Source: a virus (taxonomy: Duplodnaviria; Caudoviricetes). From it: a stretch of 64,000 nucleotides of DNA. The stretch lies in IMG/VR virus record IMGVR_UViG_3300033072_000537, positions 1 through 64,000 of that record; one strand, written 5' to 3'. Below are positions 25,516 to 34,679 of this stretch, one piece after another. The first letter of the stretch is position 1. Every line of letters starts with the position of its first letter. The notes under the pieces are model-generated. The model was not told the DNA's origin and ran no database searches. It saw nothing but the letters and a program-made list of their open reading frames with translations. Made by a program: the position numbers and the translations under genes.

Positions 25516-25757
25516 GCCAGTCGCGCATGGGCTCGCTGGCCGAGTCGCTGGTGAATGTACTGGTCGGATATGGCGTGGCCGTCGTCAGCCAGATTGCAAT
25601 ATTCCCGCTGTTCGGGGTGCATATTCCCCTCTCTGACAACCTTCTGATCGGGCTGTTTTTCACTGTGATTTCTATAGTTCGTTCGTACTGCCTCAGACGT
25701 GTGTTCAATGGCATCACCAGAAGGAGGAACGATGCGGAGAGAATACGACCGTCCTGA
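25512..25757 (+). CDS. Small two-TM phage membrane protein
   Basis: QSR..SL.ES.VNV.VGY...IFPLFG...FT.ISI.RSY..RR.FN. Confidence 0.75.
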   Translation: MSQSRMGSLAESLVNVLVGYGVAVVSQIAIFPLFGVHIPLSDNLLIGLFFTVISIVRSYCLRRVFNGITRRRNDAERIRPS

Positions 25758-25842
25758 TCCCGTCGGGATCATGCTGATCCTTTCAGGTCTATCAATCTAC
25801 TGGGGAATCTTCGGATATTTAGTAGGGAGGTTCTTCAACTGA
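25732..25842 (+). CDS. 36-aa membrane peptide
   Basis: AAGGAGG SD; single hydrophobic helix. Confidence 0.5.
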   Translation: MRREYDRPDPVGIMLILSGLSIYWGIFGYLVGRFFN

Positions 25843-25847
25843 GCAAC

Positions 25848-25918
25848 ACGCCGGGTCTAGGGTAGCTCCCGAAAGCCCTCTCCCCCTGGAGGGCTGACCC
25901 GGCGTCCTAACGCAGGGG
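25848..25918 (+). ncRNA. Candidate structured RNA (three-way junction plus pseudoknot) upstream of an HNH gene
   Basis: P1 ACGCCGGGTC/GACCCGGCGT, P2 GGG-TAGCT-CCC, P3 AGCCCTC/GAGGGCT; loop CCCCTG complementary to CAGGGG at 25913-25918. Confidence 0.5.
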
Positions 25919-25938
25919 TGTATTTTTTGGGGAATACT

Positions 25939-26643
25939 ATGCTTCCGAAAAGTCGGAAATGGCATGCCAAGACAATTTCTGTCGGCGATAGATTTGGGAA
26001 ATTAACCGCTGTCCGATTTAGCCATGCGAATAACGGAAACTATTGGGAGTGCTCGTGCGAATGCGGAAGCGTTGTCGTGCGTCGCGCCGGAGACTTGCTT
26101 AGGCAGGCTAGAGATGGGGCAGAGCAAAGCTGTGTGTGCGCCAAGAGGCGAACTTTTGACGACGTAAATTACCGATGTGGTCGCTGCGGGATGGTTAAGC
26201 ACCGATCAGAGTTCACGCCGGATAAAAGAAATAGTTCTGGCCTGCACGGTCACTGTAAATCGTGCCAGAAGAATTGGCGTAGCGAGAATGCGGACCTCTT
26301 GAAAGCGTTAGCTTTGAGGCACCATCTCGCAAACCCAGATTACAACTACCAGCGAGCCAAGTCATACCGCGCAAGAAATCGGGCGAAATATGCGATGAGA
26401 GAATCGATCCGTCGCGCGAAAATCCGGCTCGCAACCCCGGCCTGGGCAGACCACCGGGCAATAGCAGACATATATTTGGAAGCCGAATACTTCCAAATGC
26501 AAGTCGACCACATCGTTCCTCTCGTAAGCGATCTTGTCTGTGGTCTTCACGTCGAGCACAACCTTCAACTGCTCTCAAAGTCTGAAAACTCAAAGAAAAG
26601 CAATAGGCGCTGGCCTGATATGCCCGGGCGGAGTGGCAAATGA
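25939..26643 (+). CDS. Free-standing HNH endonuclease
   Basis: WECSCECG, CGRCG..CKSC, ATPAWAD, VDHIVPL...CGLHVEHNLQLL...N..KSN. Confidence 0.85.
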   Translation: MLPKSRKWHAKTISVGDRFGKLTAVRFSHANNGNYWECSCECGSVVVRRAGDLLRQARDGAEQSCVCAKRRTFDDVNYRCGRCGMVKHRSEFTPDKRNSSGLHGHCKSCQKNWRSENADLLKALALRHHLANPDYNYQRAKSYRARNRAKYAMRESIRRAKIRLATPAWADHRAIADIYLEAEYFQMQVDHIVPLVSDLVCGLHVEHNLQLLSKSENSKKSNRRWPDMPGRSGK

Positions 26644-28373
26644 CCATTCAGCTCCGTTTCTACCAAGAGGACGCCGTCAACTGGGTCCGACAGAAGTACG
26701 CCGAGGCGTTCCGGGCCGTCCTGCTCGTGTTGAGTACAGGGGCCGGAAAGACCGTGATTTTCAGCTACATAGCCATGATGGCAGCGCAGCGCGGCAACCG
26801 CGTTCTGATCCTTGCGCACCGTGACACGCTGATCAAACAGGCAAGCCGGAAGCTTGCCGACTACGGTGTCGACCACGGCATCATCATGGCGGGTGTGACG
26901 CCAAATCATCGCGCCAAGGTCCAGGTCGGATCGGTTCAGACGATGGTCCGCCGGATCGACAAGATGGCTGACTTGGCGGAGAAGGCGGCCAACCTGGCGC
27001 GCAAAACTGCTTTGAACCAAGGGGCGTCCGCAGCCGAGGCGGAGTCTGCAGCGAAAGCTGCTGCAGCGAAGCACTCATTCGACATGATCGTGATTGATGA
27101 GGCGCATCTATCGGCCGCGAAGTCATACCGCGATGTTGTCGCCGCGTTCCCAAAGGCGCGCGTCCTCGGGGTGACCGGTAGCCCGTGCCGTCTGGACAAT
27201 AAGGGCCTTGGCGTCAATGCCGGCGGCCTTTACGACGAGATGATCGTCGGGATTTCGATCAAGGAACTGATTGATCACAAGTTCCTCGTCAGGCCTGCTG
27301 TCTACGCACCGGCCAACAAGCTAGACTTGTCAGGCGTCCGCCAGACCGGGGGCGACTACAACGCGCACGACCTCGAGCTGGTCGTTGATCGCCCCTCTTT
27401 GGTCGGCGATGCCGCTGATCAATACATGAAAATCTGCCCTGGCGTGCCGGCTATCGCTTGGTGCGTCACCGTCGCCCATGCGCAGCACGTCGCTGATCAC
27501 TTCAACGCCCGCGGCATCAAAGCTGTCATGCTGTCCGGTGAAGCAACGCCAGATGAGCGAGACAAGACGCTGTCTGCGCTCTCCCGTGGCGAAATCAAGG
27601 TCGTCACCTTCTGTAATCTGCTCGTTGAGGGCGTGGATTGCCCGGCGATTGAGGCAGTTATCCTGCTCCGCCCGACTCAATCGCTGGCGTCCTATCTACA
27701 GGTGATCGGACGCGGGCTTCGCCCGCACGGTAACAAGGATCGTTGCTATGTGCTTGATCATGCCGGATGCACGTTCACGCATGGGTTCGCTGATGAGATT
27801 CGCGACTGGTCGCTGGATGGTATGAAGAAGAAGGGTAAGAAGAAAAAGGACGACGATCCCGAGGTTAAGGCCGCTCAGTGCGGGAAGTGCTATCGTTGCT
27901 TTACGCCAGCCGAAGCGATTGAGGCTGGCCGGGAGCGAGGCAGTGGCCCTTGCTGCCCGTACTGCGGCCATCGCTCAGAGGTGAAAGAGCGCAAGATCGA
28001 GCAGGTTGATGGCGAGTTGCAAGAGATTACCGCCGAAGTCCGCGAGGCGATGCGCCGCGAGGCCCGCCGCCAGCAAGGGGCCGCCCAGACCGTCGAGCAG
28101 CTCGTCGCCATCGGCAAGTCACGCTGGGAGGCCGAGCGCATCGTCAAAGCGCGCGCCGAGAAGCAGGAAGTCATATCCGGCTTAATTGCTGATTTGACAA
28201 CGTGGCAGCAAGAAACGGGGCAGATGCCATTCACCATTTTTGGTGTATCATACAAAGACATTCGGTTCATGAAGCCCAAGGATTTGAAGGCGCTGCGGGA
28301 CCGTTTCGAGCAGCACAAAGCCGAATACCTGGCGGCGCAGAATACTGGGGAATTTCAACTGGAGGTTTCATGA
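26640..28373 (+). CDS. SF2 DEAD/DEAH-box helicase with C-terminal zinc ribbon
   Basis: LRFYQ, TGAGKT, IVIDEAH, GVTGSP, EGVDCP, YLQVIGRGLR. Confidence 0.92.
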   Translation: MTIQLRFYQEDAVNWVRQKYAEAFRAVLLVLSTGAGKTVIFSYIAMMAAQRGNRVLILAHRDTLIKQASRKLADYGVDHGIIMAGVTPNHRAKVQVGSVQTMVRRIDKMADLAEKAANLARKTALNQGASAAEAESAAKAAAAKHSFDMIVIDEAHLSAAKSYRDVVAAFPKARVLGVTGSPCRLDNKGLGVNAGGLYDEMIVGISIKELIDHKFLVRPAVYAPANKLDLSGVRQTGGDYNAHDLELVVDRPSLVGDAADQYMKICPGVPAIAWCVTVAHAQHVADHFNARGIKAVMLSGEATPDERDKTLSALSRGEIKVVTFCNLLVEGVDCPAIEAVILLRPTQSLASYLQVIGRGLRPHGNKDRCYVLDHAGCTFTHGFADEIRDWSLDGMKKKGKKKKDDDPEVKAAQCGKCYRCFTPAEAIEAGRERGSGPCCPYCGHRSEVKERKIEQVDGELQEITAEVREAMRREARRQQGAAQTVEQLVAIGKSRWEAERIVKARAEKQEVISGLIADLTTWQQETGQMPFTIFGVSYKDIRFMKPKDLKALRDRFEQHKAEYLAAQNTGEFQLEVS

Positions 28374-29110
28374 AAAAAATTACGCTTGTTTCGGCCCGTG
28401 GGCAAACTTACCTTGAAATTGACGGGGAAGTCGTCAGTCCTGAGCGCGCCCGTCTGTGAATCAATGCCTGCGAAGGTATCCCGGACTACCAGCTTACCGG
28501 CGAGAATGGCGAGTCGAACCGCCTTGGCGAAACCATCGACCATCTGCGCTCGCAAATCAGCCTTGTCGGCGAGTCCCACCCCCTGAAAACCATCTTCGAC
28601 CAGTGCATCGAGCAGGCCGTGTCCGGCAAGGGCGAAGAGCGCCACGGCCACGGCACCCCGTTCATGGAGCAGCCGTGGCACCAGATTGCGGATCGCCAGG
28701 GCCTTGGCTTTCTGGTCGGTCAGGCCGAGAAGAAGATTGGCGAGGCCACGGCCATGATCCAGCATAACCCCGGCCGCGATGGCGTCGAGTTCTGGCAGAA
28801 GGAAATCCGCGGCGCGATGAACTACCTCGCCATGGCAATGCTCTACGTCGAGGAGCAAGTTGCAGAGCTGCAGGCTGATCAGGCCGGCTGCGGCAACTGC
28901 CAGGCCTGCGCCGCTGCTGCGGAAAAAGCAGCCCCGATGAAATATGACCCGGTGACTGGCATCTCCCCGTACCCCGGCCCGTTTCTTCCGGAAGCCTATC
29001 GGTCGTACCACGTCCCGGTGGCATGGTTGTTCAACCCCTGGACTGGCGAGAAGCGCGACCCGCTAGACGTCGGAACGGACCCGGCCGGTCATCTCATTGC
29101 ACCGTTTTAA
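28370..29110 (+). pseudogene. Phage protein interrupted by an in-frame TGA at 28457-28459 (nonsense change, error or recoding)
   Basis: GGAGG SD and ATG at 28370; the same frame continues after TGA to 29110 (GKGEERH, GFLVGQAEKK, GAMNYLA, WLFNPWTG). Confidence 0.6.
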
Positions 29111-29133
29111 TCACCGCCCTTTGGAGCAAAACC

Positions 29134-29415
29134 ATGAAAAAATCTGAACTGATCAAGCACCTGGCCGAGCAAACCGGCCAGACACAGAAGGCCATTGGCG
29201 AACTGTTCTCCGCCCTGGACCTGACCCTGCAGAATAATGCCGCAGCCGGCGAGGATACCGTCCTGGGCCTGCTGACCGTGGCCGTGGTCGAAAAGGCCGC
29301 CCGCGTCGGCCGCAACCCGAAGACCGGCGAAACCGCTGAAATCCCTGCGCGCACCGCGATCAAGGTCAAGGTCGGCAAGACACTGAAGGACGCCGGAAAG
29401 CGGGTGGTAAAGTGA
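29134..29415 (+). CDS. HU-family DNA-binding protein
   Basis: MKKSELIK.LAE, ARVGRNPKTGE..EIPA, GKTLKDA. Confidence 0.9.
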   Translation: MKKSELIKHLAEQTGQTQKAIGELFSALDLTLQNNAAAGEDTVLGLLTVAVVEKAARVGRNPKTGETAEIPARTAIKVKVGKTLKDAGKRVVK

Positions 29416-29687
29416 ATACCCGCCTCTACAAAGTGACCGTCGCCGCCCGCGTGATCTCCTGCTTTGCGCACCTGTCCGGCCGCGACAAGTCCGCCGTCAT
29501 TCCCGAGAGTACGTTCGACCAGCTCGACATGGACAGCCTGGACGTGATCGAGCTGATCATGGCGCTGGAAGAAGAGTTCGAGATCGAGATCGACGAAAAT
29601 CTGACAGGGGATTTCACCACGGTCGGCGAGTTTATCGCGCTCGTTGAAAAAGAAACCGCCGGCACCGTCCAGGGTTCGCCGATTTGA
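29412..29687 (+). CDS. acpP: Acyl carrier protein
   Basis: LDMDSLDVIELIMALEEEFEIEI with the phosphopantetheine Ser in DSL; TVGEF. Confidence 0.85.
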   Translation: MNTRLYKVTVAARVISCFAHLSGRDKSAVIPESTFDQLDMDSLDVIELIMALEEEFEIEIDENLTGDFTTVGEFIALVEKETAGTVQGSPI

Positions 29688-29692
29688 TTTAG

Positions 29693-29716
29693 CGGGGGGC
29701 TGTCCCCCCGTTTTTT
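29693..29716 (+). terminator. Intrinsic terminator
   Basis: CGGGGGG-CTGT-CCCCCCG followed by T6. Confidence 0.6.
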
Positions 29717-29725
29717 GGAGCCAAC

Positions 29726-30172
29726 ATGGCAAACAATATTTCAGTTGTCGGGCGTCTGGCTGCCGACTCCGAGGTTAAGCACACAGCATCCGGCACAACC
29801 GTCTTGGAATTCCGTATCGCCGACGACGTCGGTTTCGGAGATAAGAAGGTTACAAACTGGTGGCGCTGCGCTGTCTGGGGAAAGCAGGCCGAGGGTAAGC
29901 TGGCCGACTTTCTCAAGAAGGGCCAGCAGGTCGTCGTCTTTGGCGAGGTGACCATGCGAGAATGGGAAGACAGAGACGGCAACAAGCGCCTGTCTCCTGA
30001 GATTCGCGTTAATGCCGTGAATCTGGCCGGGGCCAAGCAGGACGGCGGCGGCTCTGGTCAATCGCAGCACCAGCAGGACAAGTCGAACGGTTACCAGCCG
30101 CAAGGTGAGCAGCAGCAGCGACGGCAGGCGCCGCAGAATCAGAGCTTTGATGACGGGGATATTCCTTTCTGA
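29726..30172 (+). CDS. ssb: Single-stranded DNA-binding protein
   Basis: N.ISVVGRL, WGKQAE, LKKGQQV, acidic DGDIPF tail. Confidence 0.95.
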   Translation: MANNISVVGRLAADSEVKHTASGTTVLEFRIADDVGFGDKKVTNWWRCAVWGKQAEGKLADFLKKGQQVVVFGEVTMREWEDRDGNKRLSPEIRVNAVNLAGAKQDGGGSGQSQHQQDKSNGYQPQGEQQQRRQAPQNQSFDDGDIPF

Positions 30173-30197
30173 TGTAAGGGTTTGCGCAAAATACAAC

Positions 30198-30220
30198 ACC
30201 GCCCTCTGGGGCGGTTTTTA
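30198..30220 (+). terminator. Intrinsic terminator
   Basis: ACCGCCC-TCTG-GGGCGGT followed by a T run. Confidence 0.7.
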
Positions 30221-30243
30221 TTTGCACGATTCATCCGAAATAC

Positions 30244-30272
30244 TTGCACCGTTACCCGAATTTGGTTAATCT
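30244..30272 (+). promoter_or_regulatory. Sigma70 promoter with overlapping operator
   Basis: TTGCAC-17-TAATCT; palindrome TTACCCGAATTTGGTTAA at 30252-30269. Confidence 0.75.
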
Positions 30273-30461
30273 ACTCATGCCGGATGTAGGTATCCGGAGA
30301 AGTGCGCCAAGGCCGAGGACGGTCTGCTGCCTGGGTTCATCGTCACCGACGAGTACAAAGGCGACCGGATCAACGCTGACGACCTGACGCCGTTCAACGG
30401 CTGATCAACCCAAGCCCGGTGACAGCGGGTCTGGACGAATGATTTTGAACTTAGGACTCAC

Positions 30462-30956
30462 ATGAACAAAACCCGCTTTGACGCAATATATTCTGGCCTC
30501 ACCTCAGTCGCTCAGAAGGTCTACTGCGCTGTTCCGATCACCGAGGAATGGCCCATCTCCCAGATTCACTCTGAGCTCGTGCGACTCGGCGCTAACACCG
30601 ACAGGAAGATTCTGCAGGGTTGCCTAAAATCGCTGATGGACGCCGGGCTGATCACCGAGTCCGCAGGGAAATGCTACCGCCGTGTCGAGGTGAGAAACAG
30701 GGCGGCCAGCTCTACGTCGCCAGCGCCCGAGCCTGAGATTGAAGCCCCGCCAACGCTGGCCCCTGCTGCGCCGACCACCCCGTTTGGCAAGTTGGCAGCA
30801 CTAGCCGCCAAGGCTCGTGAATTGGCGAAAAGCCTGCACGAGCTGGCGGAAGAAATCGAGAACGCAGCGCTTGATGTTGAGGCCCAGGCCGAAGCGAATA
30901 GCGCCGAATTGCAAAAGGTAAAGCAGCTGAAGGCGATACTGCACAGCCTGAGCTAA
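30462..30956 (+). CDS. Hypothetical protein (winged-helix-like plus coiled coil)
   Basis: 164 aa with SD; wHTH-like N-terminus. Confidence 0.6.
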   Translation: MNKTRFDAIYSGLTSVAQKVYCAVPITEEWPISQIHSELVRLGANTDRKILQGCLKSLMDAGLITESAGKCYRRVEVRNRAASSTSPAPEPEIEAPPTLAPAAPTTPFGKLAALAAKARELAKSLHELAEEIENAALDVEAQAEANSAELQKVKQLKAILHSLS

Positions 30957-31002
30957 TCCACTGATTTACCCGAATTACCAACAACAGCCAGAAAGGCAAA
31001 CC

Positions 31003-31269
31003 ATGAACGCAAAGAAAGCAAAAGCCATCCGCCGCTACGTCCGCTCGACCGGGGCGACCAAGGCCGAGCTCACCCGTCCCCGCTCCGGAGTGATCAGCCA
31101 CACCGACCCGATCACCCGCCAGGAGTTTCGCTACGACCTGCCGCTGACCGCCAGCTACCCGCAGGATTCTTTCCAGCGGGCCTATTCCCTGGCAAAGCGC
31201 CTACTCGGCAACGTCCGCACGGACATCATCAATGCTCGCGCCGAGCTGAATTTCGCCGCCGCCGCCTAA
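31003..31269 (+). CDS. Hypothetical phage protein
   Basis: MNAKKAKAIRR start; SD present. Confidence 0.6.
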   Translation: MNAKKAKAIRRYVRSTGATKAELTRPRSGVISHTDPITRQEFRYDLPLTASYPQDSFQRAYSLAKRLLGNVRTDIINARAELNFAAAA

Positions 31270-31309
31270 TCACCCCGGCCTGGTTCGCCAGGCCACCCCG
31301 GAGACTGCC

Positions 31310-31537
31310 ATGCAAGACCATGCAAAGCCGATCCGTCAGCGACTGATCGCAGATACACCCGAAGACACCCCGCTGGACATCAAGCGCCGCGCCGCCGTCG
31401 CTTACCTGGGTGAAAACCATGTACTGCATCCGGAGTACAAGTTCCGCCCTCGCCACTCGTTCTCCGTCGCTGGCTGGGCTCCCCATTCCGTGCTGCGCCC
31501 GATTCAACTGGCCGCCCAACAGGCTGGCCGTATCTGA
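31310..31537 (+). CDS. Hypothetical phage protein
   Basis: GGAG SD; AYLGENHVLHP. Confidence 0.6.
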   Translation: MQDHAKPIRQRLIADTPEDTPLDIKRRAAVAYLGENHVLHPEYKFRPRHSFSVAGWAPHSVLRPIQLAAQQAGRI

Positions 31538-31555
31538 TCTGCCTTGGAACGAACC

Positions 31556-32032
31556 ATGAACAAACTCAAAATCCAAAAACTGCACCCGGAAGCCATCATC
31601 CCGAAGTACGCCACTGCCGGGGCTGCATGCTTCGATCTGCATGCGGTGCTCGTCGATCAGAAGGAAGGCCCGTATCAGGACATCGTCGCGCCTGGCTGCA
31701 CACTGGTCGTCAATACCGGCCTTGCATTTGAAGTGCCCGATGGCTGGGTGATGTTGATCTTCAGCCGCTCAGGCCACGGCTTCAAGAACGATGTCAGCCT
31801 CTCAAACTGCGTTGGCGTGATCGATTCTGACTACCGCGGCGAGGTGAAGGTCAAGCTGCGCAACGATAGCCCGTTAGCCGACCAGGTTGCGGCCTGCTTG
31901 CCTGTGGCCCATGGCGACCGCATCGCTCAGGCCATGCTCGTCAAGGTCGAGCAGTGGGAGATGGTCGAGGTTGACGAGCTCTCCAGCACCGAGCGCGGCG
32001 CGGGCGGGCTGGGCTCGACTGGTACGAAGTAA
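31556..32032 (+). CDS. dut: dUTPase
   Basis: AACFDL, TGLAFEVP, SRSG, GVIDSDYRGE, GDRIAQ, RGAGGLGSTG. Confidence 0.97.
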   Translation: MNKLKIQKLHPEAIIPKYATAGAACFDLHAVLVDQKEGPYQDIVAPGCTLVVNTGLAFEVPDGWVMLIFSRSGHGFKNDVSLSNCVGVIDSDYRGEVKVKLRNDSPLADQVAACLPVAHGDRIAQAMLVKVEQWEMVEVDELSSTERGAGGLGSTGTK

Positions 32033-32051
32033 TTTTTAAAAGGATACGATC

Positions 32052-32969
32052 ATGTTTTTCAAGAACCTCCAGATTTTCCGTCTCTCCGGTGTCGGCCTGT
32101 TTCTCGCTACGTTCGGCGAGCAAATTGCCAAGGGTCAATTCCGGCCGTGCTCAGATCACGAGTCCTATACCCGTGGCTGGGTGTCGCCGCGTGGCGATGG
32201 TTACCTCGTCTATGCCTCCGGTCGCCAGTGGATGATCTCCTTGGCCGTGCAGGAGCGCCTGCTGCCGTCCTCCGTGGTAAATGAGGAGGTCAGCAAGCGC
32301 GCCGACGCCTTGACCAAGGAGCAGGGCTACGCGCCGGGTCGCAAAGCGATGAAGGAGCTCAAGGAGCGTGTCATCGATGAGCTGATGCCGCGCGCTTTCA
32401 CTCGCACCCGCCGGACGAACGTTTGGATTGACCCTGTCAATGGCTGGTTCGTGGTCGATGCCGCCAGTATGGCCAAGGCCGAGGAGGTGATCGAGCACCT
32501 GCGACTCTGCCTCGACAACTTCCCGCTCAAACTGCTCCGCACAACGATTTCTCCGCAGGCGGCAATGGCGGATTGGCTTGCGGGCGGCGAGGCCCCGACC
32601 GGCTTCACTATCGACCGAGACTGCGAGGTCAAGGCAGTAGGCGAGGAGAAGGCTACGGTCCGCTACGTTCATCATCCGCTGGCGGACGAGGCTGCCGACG
32701 AGATCAAGGCGCACCTGGCCGCCGGCAAGCTGCCGACCAAGCTGGCGCTGACCTGGGACGAACGTATTTCATTCGTGCTGACCGAGAAGCTCGAGATCAA
32801 GCGCCTGGCCTTCCTGGACATCGTCAAGGATCAGGCCGAGAGCGCGGCGGAAACCGCTGACGATATGTTCGACTCCGACTTTGCCATCATGACCGGTGAG
32901 CTGTCGCGCTTCCTGGTGGCGCTGGTTGATGCGCTTGGCGGTGAGATCGTCGAGGAGTCAGCAGCATGA
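32052..32969 (+). CDS. rdgC: Recombination-associated protein RdgC
   Basis: MFFKNLQIFRL, GWVSP, ERLLPSSVV, LMPRAF, KLALTW, FDSDFAIMTGEL. Confidence 0.95.
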   Translation: MFFKNLQIFRLSGVGLFLATFGEQIAKGQFRPCSDHESYTRGWVSPRGDGYLVYASGRQWMISLAVQERLLPSSVVNEEVSKRADALTKEQGYAPGRKAMKELKERVIDELMPRAFTRTRRTNVWIDPVNGWFVVDAASMAKAEEVIEHLRLCLDNFPLKLLRTTISPQAAMADWLAGGEAPTGFTIDRDCEVKAVGEEKATVRYVHHPLADEAADEIKAHLAAGKLPTKLALTWDERISFVLTEKLEIKRLAFLDIVKDQAESAAETADDMFDSDFAIMTGELSRFLVALVDALGGEIVEESAA

Positions 32970-33160
32970 GCGCCGAAACCAATTGCCTTGCCCATGGTGA
33001 AGACGGCAAGCCGAACGGCTGCGACATGGCCGACCAGTGCCAGCGCCACCTGGCGCTCCGTGCCGTAGGGCCGTTCCCCGGCGGTAACGTCGAGGAGCGC
33101 GCCTGCACCAAGTCAGGCTATCCGGCATTCGTTCGCGATGTCAGCGCCAAGCAGAATTAA
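32966..33160 (+). CDS. Small Cys-rich hypothetical protein
   Basis: ATGA overlap; four spaced Cys residues. Confidence 0.5.
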   Translation: MSAETNCLAHGEDGKPNGCDMADQCQRHLALRAVGPFPGGNVEERACTKSGYPAFVRDVSAKQN

Positions 33161-33395
33161 CGGCGTCGACCGGGCGGTCCTCGAGGCCGCCTGCAAGTCA
33201 AAGAACCGATACTCGGATCACCTGACTGCCATCGCTATCGGCATATCCCAGTCCGAGCGTTATGGCGTGAAGCTCTACACGTACAAGTGCCCGCATTGCC
33301 GCGGCTGGCACCTGACGAAAAATGGACGCGGCTTCAACGGAAACCCGTCGCTTCTGTGCTCGCCGAAAATCTTCGGCGCGGGCAGCGACAACTGA
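33138..33395 (+). CDS. Small zinc-finger protein
   Basis: C..K.RY...YKCPHCRGWHLT. Confidence 0.65.
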   Translation: MSAPSRINGVDRAVLEAACKSKNRYSDHLTAIAIGISQSERYGVKLYTYKCPHCRGWHLTKNGRGFNGNPSLLCSPKIFGAGSDN

Positions 33396-33405
33396 AAGGA
33401 CGATC

Positions 33406-34164
33406 ATGGAAACCACTACTGCCGGCGAATCGCTGGTTGTCGAATTAAACGCAAAGGCCCTTGCGCCTGTTTCTATCTTCAAAGCGGATGCTGACGTCCG
33501 CTATTACCTCAACGGTATTTGTGTCCAGCCTGGCCTCGATGGCGTCGGCTGCTTCGTCATCGGCTGCGACGGTCGCCGCCTGGCGCTCTGGTACGACAAG
33601 TACGGCAAGTGCTCTCGCCAGGTTGTGCTGCGCGTCTCCCGTGAGCTGGTGTCGGCCAGTCGGAAGAAGGGCGCAAAGGACGGGCGCATTGTGCTGGATG
33701 CTGGCCGGCTGGTCTGTGTCGGAGAGAACGGCGAGGAGCATTTCGTCCAGGCCGGCAAGGCAGAGGTTGAGCTGTCTACGTACGGAGAAGGAAAGTTCAA
33801 GCGCACCCATGAATACCCCGACGTTTTCCGCGTCATCCCGAAAGATGCCGAGCTGCAGCCTGGTGCTCATGGCGCGATCAACGGGCGCTATCTGGAGGAC
33901 ATTGGCAAGGCTTCCAGGCTTCTGCAGCGCAACCGGTTCGGCATCGGGGTCTGGCATTTCACCAAGGACAAAGGCGGTCCGGTGGTCACTCGCTTCGAGG
34001 GCGAGGATAATTTCCTCGTCGTCACCATGCCTATGCGCTCAGATGGCCTGGACCGCTGGTCGAAGCTGCCGGCGGCGATCAACTGCAAGCACCTGAACGA
34101 CAAGCCTTCCAACGTGCCGGCGACGGCCGGCTATCCGATGGGTTCGATGGGGGAGGCGGTATGA
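33406..34164 (+). CDS. DNA polymerase III beta-clamp-like protein (short, two-domain)
   Basis: DVRYYLNGI, GCDGRRLA, YPDVFRVIP, INGRYL, VTMPMR are clamp motifs. Confidence 0.7.
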   Translation: METTTAGESLVVELNAKALAPVSIFKADADVRYYLNGICVQPGLDGVGCFVIGCDGRRLALWYDKYGKCSRQVVLRVSRELVSASRKKGAKDGRIVLDAGRLVCVGENGEEHFVQAGKAEVELSTYGEGKFKRTHEYPDVFRVIPKDAELQPGAHGAINGRYLEDIGKASRLLQRNRFGIGVWHFTKDKGGPVVTRFEGEDNFLVVTMPMRSDGLDRWSKLPAAINCKHLNDKPSNVPATAGYPMGSMGEAV

Positions 34165-34679
34165 AGATCACCGAAGAACGCATCCGCCGTATCACCATCA
34201 GCGAAGTGCAGTGCCTCGATCCGATCCGCGTCATGCTTGAGGACGTCGGAGAGAACCAGGGTCGGATCAATATCGAGTGCTACGGACAGTCCTGGGCGTG
34301 CTTCTGGGGCAGCATGGGTGGCACAATTTCGGAGTTCTTCACGAGCTGCGACGAGCACTACCTTGCCGGCAAGTTGAGCAGCATCCCGAGCGAGATTTAT
34401 ACGCCGGACGGCCTCAAAGAGATGTTGAAACGAGAGCTGCTGAATGAGCGCCGCCGTCGCCTAGTCAGCGGCGGGTATGCGCGCCAGCGATACGACACCA
34501 TTGAAGAACTCGACCTTCCGGAAACCGAAGAACAGTTATGGAGCATCGCCCGTGAGATGGAGAGCATCATCGGCGAGGAATGGTGGTACAGAATCCCGAA
34601 AAAGCCAAACCCAGACTACGAGTACCTGACTCGGATTATCAAGACCGTGCAGGCCGCACTGCGAGAGGTGAATTCATGA
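34161..34679 (+). CDS. Hypothetical phage protein
   Basis: LDPIRV.LED..G.I.IECYG.SW..FWGSMG motif. Confidence 0.7.
   Translation: MKITEERIRRITISEVQCLDPIRVMLEDVGENQGRINIECYGQSWACFWGSMGGTISEFFTSCDEHYLAGKLSSIPSEIYTPDGLKEMLKRELLNERRRRLVSGGYARQRYDTIEELDLPETEEQLWSIAREMESIIGEEWWYRIPKKPNPDYEYLTRIIKTVQAALREVNS

Noticed and set aside
25848-25905. Hammerhead ribozyme
   Set aside because: GAAA and CTGA are present but the CUGAnGA core is not.
28457-28459. Genome-wide TGA reassignment (alternative genetic code)
   Set aside because: TGA ends many clear genes here, often in ATGA/GTGA overlaps.
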